Source: the human T2T-CHM13v2.0 reference genome, Homo sapiens. Taken from it: a stretch of 64,000 nucleotides of DNA. This document shows, in pieces, positions 54,437 through 64,000 of the stretch; position 1 is the first letter of the stretch; the number at the start of each line of letters is the position of its first letter. The translations under genes were made by a program, and so were the position numbers. The notes below the pieces were generated by a model. It searched no databases. It saw only the letters and a program-made list of their open reading frames with translations, and had not been told where the DNA came from. The stretch lies in the NCBI GenBank assembly GCA_009914755.4, contig CP068257.2, forward strand, positions 8,224,001 through 8,288,000, given 5' to 3'.

Positions 54437-55453
54437 TTACAATTTGGCATGATTTTGCAGTGGCTGGTACTGGTTGTTTCTTTCCATGTTTAGTGCTTCC
54501 TTCAGGAGCTCTTTTAGGGCAGGCCTGGTGGTGACAAAATCTCTCAGCATTTGCTCGTCTGTAAAGTATTTTATTTCTCCTTCACTTCTGAAGCTTAGTT
54601 TGGCTGGATATCAAATTCTGGGTTGAAAATTCTTTTCTTTAAGAATGTTGAATATTGGTCCCCACTCTCTTCTGGCTTGTAGAGTTTCTGCCAAGAGATC
54701 AGCTGTTAGTCTGATGGGCTTCCCTTTGAGGGTAACCTGACCTTTCTCTCTGGCTGACCTTAACATTTTTTCCTTCATTTCAACTTTGGTGAATCTGACA
54801 ATTATGTTTCTTGGAGTTCCTCTTCTCGAGGAGTATCTTTGTGGCATTCTGTGTATTTTCTGAATCTGAATGTTGGCCTGCCTTGCTAGATTGGGGAAGT
54901 TCTCCTGGATAATATCCTGCAGAGTGTTTTCCAACTTAGTTCCAATCTCCACATCACTTTCAGGTACACCAATCAGACATAGATATGGTCTTTTCACATA
55001 GTCCCATATTTCTTGGTGGTTTTGTTAATTTCTTTTTATTCTTTTTTCTCTAAACTTCCCTTCTCACTTCATTTTATTCATTTCATCTTCCATCACTGAT
55101 ACCCTTTCTTCCAGTTGATTGCATTGTCTCCTGAGGCTTCTGCATTCTTCGCGTTGTTCTGGAGCCTTGGCTTTCAGCTCCATCAGCTCCTTTAAGCCCT
55201 TCTCTGTATAGGTTATTCTAGTTATACATTCGTCAAATTTTTTTTCAAAGTTTTTAACTTCTTTGCCTTTGGTTTGAATTTCCTCCTGTAGCTCGGAGTG
55301 GTTTGATCGTCTGAAGCCTTTTTCTCTCAACCTGTCAAAGTCATTCTCTGTCCAGCTTTGTTCCATTGCTGGTGAGGAACTGCATTCCTTTGGAGGAGGA
55401 GAGGCACTTTGTTTTTTAGAGTTTCCAGTTTTTCTACTCTGTTTTTTCCTCAT
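54437..55453 (-). pseudogene. L1 ORF1, pseudogenised. It is split into 55064..55453 (N-terminal coiled-coil part) and 54611..54997 (RRM/CTD part), with a premature stop after ...KNFQPRI.
   Basis: The translations are about 80% identical to L1 ORF1p as remembered. There is a frame break between 54997 and 55064. Confidence 0.8.
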
Positions 55454-56495
55454 CTTTGTGGTTTTATCTACTTTTGGTCTTTGATGATGGTGATGTACAG
55501 TTGGGTTTTTGCTGTGGATGTCCTTTCTGTTTGTTAGTTTTCCTTCTAACAGGTAGACCCTCAGCTGCAGGTCTGTTGGAGTTTGCTAGAGTTCCACTCC
55601 AGATCCTGTTTGCCTGGGTATCAGCAGCGGTGACTGCAGAACAGTGGATTTTCATGAACCACGAATGCTGCTGTCTGATCTTTGCTCTGGAAATTTTGTC
55701 TCAGAGGACTATCCGGCTGTGTGAGGTGTCAGTCTGCCCCTACTGGGTTGTGCCTCTCAGTTAGGCTGTTCATAGTTCAGGGGTCAGGGACCCACTTGAG
55801 GAGGCAGTCTGCCCGTTCTCAGATCTCCAGCTGTGTTCTGGGAGAACCACTGTTCTCTTCAAAGCTGTCAGACAGGGACATTTAAGTCCGCAGAGGTTAC
55901 TGCTGCCTTTTTGTTTGTCTGTGCCCTGCTCTCAGATGTGGAGCCTACAGAGTCATGCAGGCCTCCTAGAGCTGTGGTGGTCTACACCCAGTTCGAGCTT
56001 TCCAGCAGCTTTGTTTACCTAAGAAAGCCTGGGCAATGGAGGTTGCCCCACCACCAGCCTTACTGCCACCTTGTACTTTGATCACAGACTGCTGTGCTAG
56101 CAATCAGTGAGACACTGTGGAGGTAAGACCCTCCGAGCCAGGTGTGGGATATAATATCCTGGTGTGCCATTTTTTAAGCCTGTTTAAAAAGTGCAGTATT
56201 AGTGTGGGAGTGACCTGATTTTCCAGGTGCCATCTGTCGCCCCTTTATTTGATTAGGAAAGGGAACTCCCTGACCACTTCCACTTCCCATGTGAGGAAAC
56301 GCCTCGCTCTGCTTCAGCCCATGCATGGCACCCTGCACCCAGTATCCTGTGCCCACAGTCTGGCACTCCCTAGTGAGATGAACCTGGTATCTCAGATGGA
56401 AATGAAGAAATCACCCATCTTCTGTGTTGCTCATGATAGGAACTGTAGAACAGAGCTGTTCCCATTTGGCCATCTTGACTGCTGCCTCATTTGCC
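55454..56495 (-). promoter_or_regulatory. L1 5'UTR (internal promoter region), about 1.0 kb, consistent with an older L1PA subfamily
   Basis: Lies upstream (on the minus strand) of the ORF1 ATG. The terminal about 40 bp matches the reverse complement of GG..GCCAAGATGGCCGAATAGGAACAGCTC with substitutions. The exact 5' end is uncertain by +/-15 bp. Confidence 0.5.
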
Positions 56496-56511
56496 AGTTT
56501 GCTTCTGTGTA
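56495..56511. repeat. Putative right target-site duplication of the L1
   Basis: See the left TSD. The alphoid monomer resumes in register after this segment. Confidence 0.5.
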
Positions 56512-59500
56512 GTTATTATGTGAGAATATTTCCTTTACTACCATAGGCTGCAAAGGGCTCAAAATATCCACTTGCAGATTCTACAAAAAGAGAGTTTCAA
56601 AACTGCTCAATCAAAAGATAGGTTCAACTCGGTGAGTTGTATGCACACATTCCAAAGAAGTTTCTCTAAATGCTTCTGCATAGTTTTTTTGTGAAGATAT
56701 ATCCATTTCCAACATAGTCCACAAAGTGCTCCAAATATCCACTTGCAGATTCTACAAAATGAGTGTTTCAAAACTGCTCAATCAAAAGAATGGTTCATCA
56801 TTGTGAGATGAAATCACACATCACAAAGAAGTTTCTCAGAATGCTTCTGTGTAGTTCTCATGTGAATATATTTCCTTTTCCACCATAGGCCTCAATATGA
56901 TCCAAACATCCAATTTTAGATACCACAAAAAGAGTGTTTCCAAACTGCTCAATCAAAAGAAAGGTTCAATTCTGTGAGATGAAGGCACACATGACCAAGA
57001 CGTTCCTCAGAATTCTTTTTTGTAGTTTTTATGTGAAGGTATTTCCTTTCCCACTATAGGCTGCAAAGGGCTCCAAATATCCTCCTGCGGATTCTACAAA
57101 AAGAGAGTTTCAAAACTGCTCAATCAAAAGATAGTTTCAACTCTGTGAGTTTAATGCACACTTAACAAAGTTGTTTCTCAGAATGCTTCTGTGTAGTTTT
57201 TATGTGAAGATATTCCCGTTTCCACCATAGGCCTTGAAGCACTCCAAATATCCACTTGCAGATTCTACAAAAATAAAGTTTCGAAACTGCTGAATGAAAA
57301 TAAAGGTTTAACACTGTGAGATGAATGCAAATATTGTACAGAAGTTTTTCAGAATGATTCTGTGCAGTTTTTATGTGAAGGTATTTCCTTTTCCACAATA
57401 GGAATCTAAGAGCTCCAAATATCAACTTGCAGATTCTACATAGAGAGTTTTTCAAAACTGCTCAATCAAAAGAAAAGTTCAATTCTGTGAGATGAATGCA
57501 CACATCCCAAAGAGGTTACTTGGAATGCTTCTGTGTACATTTCATGTGAAGATATTTTCTTTTCAACAATAGGCCTCAAAGCGCTCCAATTATCCACTTG
57601 CAGATTCTACAAAAAGAATGTTTCAAAACTACTAACTGAAAAGAAAGATTCATCTCTGTGAGATGAATGCACACATCACCATGAAGTTTCTCAGAATGAT
57701 TCTGTGCAGTTTTTAGTTGAAGATATTCCCATTTCCACCATAGGCCACAAATGGCCCCAAATATCCACTTGTAGATTCTACAAAAAGATAGTTTCAAAAC
57801 TGTTCAATGAAAAAATAGGTTCAACACCGTGAGTTGAATGCACACATCACAGAGAAGTTTCTCAGAAAGTTTCTGTGTAGTTTTTATGTGAAGATGTTTC
57901 CTTTTACACAATAGACCTCAAAGTGCTCCAAATATTCACTTGCAGATACTTCAAAAAGATTGTTTCAAAACTGCTCAATCAAGAGAAATGTTCATCTCTG
58001 TGAGATGAATGCACACATCACAAAGAAGTTTCTCAGAATACTTCTGTCTGTTTTTTATGTGAAGGCATTTCCTTTTCCACAACAGGCCACAAAAGGCTGT
58101 AAATGTCCACTTGCAGATACTACAAAAAGAGAGTTTCAAAATGGCTTAATCAAAAGATAGGTTCATCTCTGTGAATTGAATGCACACATCACAAAGGAGT
58201 TTCTCAGAATACTTCTGTCTAGTTTTCATGTGAAGGCATTTCCTTTTCCCCCATAGGCATCAAATGGTTCCAAACATACACCTGCAGATACTACAAAAAG
58301 AGAGCTTCAAAACTGCTCATCAAAAGATTAATTCACATCTGTGAGTTGAATGCAAACAACACAAAGAATTTTCTCAGAATGCTTCTGTGTGGTCTTAAGT
58401 TATTTCCTTTTCCACAATAGGCCTCAAAGCGTTCCAAATATGAACTTGCAGATTATCCAACAACAGTGTTTCAATACTGCTCAATCAAAAAAAAAAAGGT
58501 ACAACTCTGTGAGATGAAGGCACACATCACAAAGAAGTTTCTCAGAATGATTCTGTGTAGATTTTATGTGAAGATATTTCGTTTTCCAAAATAGGCCTCA
58601 AAGCCCTCCAAATATCCACATGCAGATTCTACAAAGTGAGTGTTTCAAAACTACTCAATCAAAAGAAAGGTTCAACTCTGTGAGTTGAATACACACATCA
58701 CAAAGAAGTTTCTCAGAATGCTTCCATGTACTTTTTACATAAAGATATTTCCTATTCCACCATAGGCATCAAAGCGCTCCAAATACCCTCTTGCAGAACC
58801 TACAAAAAGAGTGTCACAAAACTGCTCAATCAAAAGAACGTTCAACTCTTTGAGATGAAAGTAGATATCACAAAAATGTTTCTCAGAATGCTTCTGTGTA
58901 GTTTTTATGTGAAATATTTGCTTTTCCAGAGTAGGCCTCAAAGCGCTTCTAATATCCACTTGCAGATTCTGCAAAAACTGTGTTTCATAACTGTGCAACC
59001 AAAAGAAAGTTTCAACTCTGTGAGATGAAAGCACACAATGCAAAGACTCTTCTCAGAATGCTTCTGTGTAGTTTTTATGTGAAGATATTGCCTTTTGGAC
59101 AATAAGCTTCAAAGCGCTCCAAGTAACCTCTTGCAGATTCTACAAAAAGAGTGTTTCAAAACTGCTCAATCAAAAGAGAGGTTCAACTCTGTGAGATGAA
59201 TGCACACATCACAAAGAAGTTTCTCAGACTGCTCCTGTGTAGTTTTTTTTTGAAGATATTTCCGTTTCCACCATAGGCCACAAAGGACTCCAAACATCCA
59301 GTTGCATATTCTACTAAAAGAGATTCAAAACCGCTCAATCTAAAAATAAGTTGAACTCCGTGAGTTGAATGTACACATCTCAAAGAATTTTCTCAGAATG
59401 CTACTGTGTAGTTTTTATGTGAAGATATTTCCTTTTTCAAAACAGGCCTCAAAGACCCCAAATATCCACTTGCAGATTCTACAAAAAGTGTGTTTCAAAA

Positions 59501-62500
59501 CTGCTTGATCAGAAGACATCTACAATCTGTGTGATGAATGTACTCATCTCAAAGTAGTCTCTCAGAATGCTTCTGTGAAATTTTTATGTGAAGATATTTC
59601 CTTTTCCACAATAGGCCTCAAAGCGCTCCAAATATCCACTTTCAGATTCTACAAAAAGAAAGATTCAAAACTGCTCAAACAAACCCTAGGTTAAACTCTG
59701 TGTGTTGAATTCACAATTCACGAAGAAATTTATCAGAATGCTACTGTGTAGTTTTTATTTGAAGATTTTTTTTTGCACAATCTGCATCAAAGTTCTCCAA
59801 ATATCAAAAGGCAGATTCTACAAAAAGAGTGTTTCAAAACTGCTCAATCAAAAGAAAGGATTAACTCTGTGAGATGGATGCACACATCACAAAGAAGTTT
59901 CTCAGAAAGCTTCTGTGTGGTCTTTAAGTGAAGATATTTTCTTTTAAAGAGTAGGCCTCATGCGCTCCAAATATCCACTTGCAGATTCTACAAAAAGAGT
60001 GTTTCAAAACTGCTCAATCATAAAATAGGTTCAAACATGTGAGCTGAACGCACACATCACACAGAAGTTTCTCAGAATGCTTCTGTGTAGTTTTTATGTG
60101 AAGATATTTCCTTTACCACCACAAGCCTCAAAGCACTCCAAATATCCACATGCAGATTCTACAAAAAGAGTGTTTCAAAACTGCTCAATCAAAAGAAAGA
60201 TTCATCTCTGTAAGGTGAATGCACATATCACAATGTAGCTTCTGAGAAGGCTTCAGTGTACCTTTTATGTGAAGATATTTCCTTTTCCACAATGGCCTCA
60301 AACTGCTCCAAATATCCACTTGCACATTCTACAAAAAGAGTATTTCACAACTGCTCAATCATAAGATAGGTTCAACTCTGTGAGATGAATGCACACATCA
60401 CAAAGAAGTTTCTCAGAATGCTTCTGTGTAGGTTTTATTTGAAGACATTTCCTTTCCCACCACAGACCGCAAATTGCTCCAAATATCCACTTGCAGATTC
60501 TATAAAAAAAGAGATTCAAAACTGATCAATCATAAGATAGGTTCAACTCTGTGAGATGTATGCACATTTCACAAAGAAGTTTCTCTGAATTCTTCCGTAT
60601 AGTTTTTATGTGAAGATATTTCCTTTTCCACAATAGGCCTCAAAACGCCCCAAATATCCACTTTCAGATTCTACAACTAGAGTGTTTCAAATCTACTAAA
60701 TCATAAGACAGTTTCAAATCTGTGAGATGAATTCACAAATCACAAATATGTTTATCAGAATACTTCTGTGTAGTTTTCACATTAAGATATTTCATTTTCC
60801 ACAATAGGCCTCAAAGCACTCCAAATATCCACTTGCAGATTCTACAAAAAGATTGTTTCAATACTGCACAATCATAAGACAGGTTCAACTGTGTGAGATG
60901 AATGCAGACATCACAAAGAAGTTTCTCAGAATGCTTCTGTGAAGTTTTTATGTGAAGATATTTGCTTTTCCACAGTAGGCCTCAAAGCACTCCAAATATG
61001 CACTTGAAGATTCTACAAAAACAGTGTTCCAAAACTTTTGAATCATAAGATAGGTTCAACTCTGTGAGTTGAATGCACACATTGCAAAGAAATTCCTCAG
61101 AATGCTTCTGGGTAGTTTTTATTTGAAGATATTTCCTTTTCCTCCATAGGCCACAAAGGGCTCCAAATGTCCACTTGCAGATCCTACAAAAAGTGGGAAT
61201 GAAAACTGCTCAATGAAAAGATATGTTCAACTCTGTGAGTTTAATGCACATATCACCAAGTAGTTTCTCAGAATGCTTCTGTGTAATTTTTATGTGAAGA
61301 TATTACCTTTTTCACAATAGGCAACATGGGCTCCAAATACACACTTGCACTTTCTACAAAAAGAGTGTTTCAAAACTGTTCAATCATAAGATAGGTTCAA
61401 CATTGTGAGATGAAAGCACACATCACAAAGAAGTTTCTCAGAATGCTTCTGTGTAGTTCTCATGTGAAGATATTTCCTTTTCCACCATAGGCCACAAAGT
61501 GATACAAACATCCACTTGTAGATACTACAAAAAGAGTGCTTCCAAACTGCTCAATCAAAAGAAAGGATCAACTCTGTGAGATGAAGGCACACATGACCAA
61601 GACGTTCCTCAGAAATCTTTTTTGTAGTTTTTATGTGAAGGTATTTCCTATTCCACCATAGGCCGAAAAGGGCTCCAAATATCCTCTTGCAGATTCTACA
61701 AAAAGAGAGATTCAAAACTGCTCAATCAAAAGATACTTTCTACTCTGTGAGTTTAATGCACACTTAACAAAGTTGTTTCTCAGAATGCTTCTGTGTAGTT
61801 TTTATGTGAAGATATTCCCATTTCCACTATAGGCCTCGAAGCGCTCCAAATATCCACTTGCAGATTCCACAAAAATAAAGTTTCAAAACTGCTGAGTGAA
61901 AAGAAAGGTTCAACACTGTGAGATGAATGCACATATCGCAAAGAAGTTTCTCCGAATGATTCTGTGCAGTTTTTATGTGAAGATATTTCCTTTTCCACAA
62001 TAGGAATCTAAGCACTCCAAATATCAACTTGCAGATTGTACAGAAAGAGTGTTTCAAAACTGCTCAATGAAAAGAAAGGTTCAACTCTGTGAGATGAATG
62101 CACACATCACCATGAATTTTCTCAGAATGATTCTGTGCAGTTTTTATGTGAAGATATTTCCTTTTCCACAATAGGAATCTAAGCACTCCAAATATCAACT
62201 TGCAGATTGTACAGAAAGAGTGTTTCAAAACTGCTCAATGAAAAGAAAGGTTCAACTCTGTGAGATGAATGCACACATCACCATGAATTTTCTCAGAATG
62301 CTTCTGTGTAGTTTTTAGTTGAAGATATTCCCATTTCCACCATACGCTGCTAATGCCTCCAAATATCCACTTGCAGATTCTACAGAAAGAGAGTTTCAAA
62401 ACTGTTCAATTAAAAGACAGATTCACCTCCGTGAGTTGAATGCACACATCACAGAGAAGTTTCTCAGAAAGCTTCTGTGTAGTTTTTATGTGAAGATATT

Positions 62501-64000
62501 TCCTTTTACACAACAGGCCTCAAAGTGCTCCAAATATTCACTTGCAGATACTTCAAAAAGATTGTTTCAAAACTGCTCAATCAAGAGAAATGTTCATCTC
62601 TGTGAGATGAATGCACACATCACAAAGAAGTTTCTCAGAAAACTTCTTTGTGTTTTTTATGTGAAGGCATTTCCTTTTCCACAATAGGCCACAAAAGACT
62701 CCAAATATCCACTTGCAGATACTATAAAAAGAGAGTTTCAAAGTGGCTCAATCAAAAGATAGGTTCAACTCTGTGAGTTGAATCACATATCACAAAGGAG
62801 TTTCTCAGATTGCTTCTGTGTAGTTTTTATGTGAAGATATTTCCTTTTCCACAATAGGCCTCAAAGCTTTTCAAATATCCACTTGCAGATTAGAAAAAAC
62901 AGTGTTTCAAAACTGTTCAATCCAAAGTTTCAACTCTGTGAGATGAATGCACGTATCCAAAGAAGTTTCTCAGAATGATTCTGTGTAGTTTTTATGTGAA
63001 GATATTTCGTTTTCCAAAATAGGCCACAAAGCCCTCCAAATATCCACTTGCAGATTCTACAAATAGAGTGTTTCAAAACTGCTCAAGCAAAAGAAAGGTT
63101 CAACTGTGTGAGATAATTGCACACATCACAAAGAAGTTTCTCAGAATGCTTCTGTGTAGTTTTAATGTGAATATATTTGTTGTTCAACTGTTGGCCTCAA
63201 AGCGCTCCAAATATCCACTTGCATATTCTACAAATAGAGTGTTTCAAAACTACTCAATCAAAAGAAAGGTTCAACTCTGTGAGTTGAATACACACATCCA
63301 CAGAAGTTTCTCAGAATTCTTATGTGTAATTTTTATGTGAAGATATTTCCTATTCCACTGTAGGCCTCAATGCGCTCCAAATATCCTCTTGCAGATTCTA
63401 CAAAGAGAGTGTAACAAAACTGCTCAATCAAAAGAAAGTTCAGCTCCTTGAGATGAATGCACACATCGCAAATAAGTTTCTCAGAATGCTTCTGTGTAGT
63501 TTTTATGTGAAGATATTTGTTTTTCCAGAGTAGGCCTCAAAGCACTCCTAATATCCACTTGCAGATTCTGCAAAGACTGTGTTTCATAACTTCTCAATCA
63601 AAAGAAAGTTTCAAGTCGGTGAAATGAAAGCACACAACACAAAGACCCTTCTCAGAATGCTTCTGTGTAGTTTTTATGTGAAGATATTTAATTTTAGACA
63701 ATAAGCCTCAAAGCGCTCCAAATAACCACTTGCAGATTCAAAAAAAAAGAGCTTTTCAAAACTGCTCAATCCAAAGAGAGGTTCAACTCTGTGAGATGAA
63801 TGCACACATCCCAAAGAAGTTTCTCAGACTGCTTCTGTGTAGTTTTTTTTTTTAAGATATTTCCGTTTCCACAATAGGCCACAAAGGAATCCAAATATCT
63901 AGTTGCAGAATCTACAAAAAGAGAGATTCAAAACTGCTCGATCAAAAAATAGGTTCAACTCTGTGAGTTGAATGTACACATCACAAAGAATTTTCTGAGA
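56496..64000. repeat. Divergent monomeric alpha satellite (gtgtag-type monomers), continuing past the window end
   Basis: 171-bp alphoid periodicity with low inter-monomer identity. It is the same monomer type as 36-50 kb. Confidence 0.85.
61981..62322. repeat. Recent tandem duplication of a single 171-bp monomer (two essentially identical adjacent monomers)
   Basis: The string ...ccacaataggaatctaagcactccaaatatcaacttgcagattgtacagaaagagtgtttcaaaactgctcaatgaaaagaaaggttcaactctgtgagatgaatgcacacatcaccatgaattttctcagaatg... occurs twice back to back. Confidence 0.7.

Larger units (their letters stand above)
50324..56495 (-). mobile_element. Full-length LINE-1 (L1PA-type, older than L1HS) of about 6.17 kb, inserted into monomeric alpha satellite. 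The ORFs are disrupted.
   Basis: Minus-strand ORFs translate to L1 ORF1p (MRKKQSRKTGNSK...SASPPPKE...; ...LIGVPESDVE...NIQIQKIHRMPQRYSSRR...) and to ORF2p (endonuclease C-terminal region [14 protein letters not shown]; RT domain with [41 protein letters not shown]; C-terminal CKLVQPLWKSVW). The plus-strand left edge is the reverse complement of the L1 3'UTR end followed by a poly(A) tail (tttttttt then agaatttattttattttattattattacactttaagttttagggtacatg). The right edge matches the reverse complement of the L1 5'UTR start (gagctgttcccatttggccatcttg). Confidence 0.9.

Noticed and set aside
55456-56512. Plus-strand ORFs of 60-102 aa inside the L1 (55456..55764, 55682..55885, 55833..56081, 56249..56512)
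   Set aside because: They are antisense to the L1 5'UTR and ORF1 and show no recognisable protein similarity. They are chance ORFs in GC-richer L1 5'UTR sequence.
57205-57226. attcccgtttccaccatagg, a half CENP-B box with the CCCG core intact
   Set aside because: The second essential core (CGAA) is replaced by cata, so it is the A-type (pJalpha-like) variant. It occurs in a divergent monomeric region, not in the HOR.

Overview
This window is primate (human/hominoid-type) centromeric or pericentromeric alpha-satellite DNA, not a gene-bearing region. No prokaryotic-style or protein-coding system is present. Bases 1 to about 29,500 are a homogeneous higher-order-repeat (HOR) array. Its unit is about 3,915 bp, roughly 23 monomers of about 171 bp, and it is written here as the reverse complement of the usual alphoid consensus. 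There are 7 full or near-full copies plus a truncated 8th, and adjacent copies are about 98-99% identical. The copies differ by clear structural variants: a 10-monomer tandem duplication in copy 5, a 1-monomer deletion in copy 7, and a 4-monomer deletion at the copy 7/8 junction. They also fall into two sequence-variant groups, copies 1-4 versus copies 5-8. Every monomer I examined carries an A-type (pJalpha-like, TTCCTTTTYCACCRTAG-like) motif where a CENP-B box would sit. I found no intact CENP-B box. At about 29.5 kb the HOR array ends abruptly. From there to the end of the window the sequence is divergent monomeric alpha satellite, with traces of older periodicities (about 1.7 kb at 33-36 kb and about 4.6 kb at 56.5-62.3 kb), a recent local 6-8-monomer duplication at 42.6-45 kb, and a single-monomer tandem duplication at about 62 kb. 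A full-length but decayed L1PA-type LINE-1, about 6.17 kb on the minus strand, is inserted into the monomeric layer at about 50,324-56,495. It has a poly(A) tail, a probable 17-bp target-site duplication, recognisable ORF1p and ORF2p remnants, and a FADD-to-FAED change in the reverse-transcriptase active site. Almost all ORFs in the supplied six-frame track are artefacts of the satellite repeat; only the minus-strand ORFs inside the L1 are real, and those are pseudogenised.
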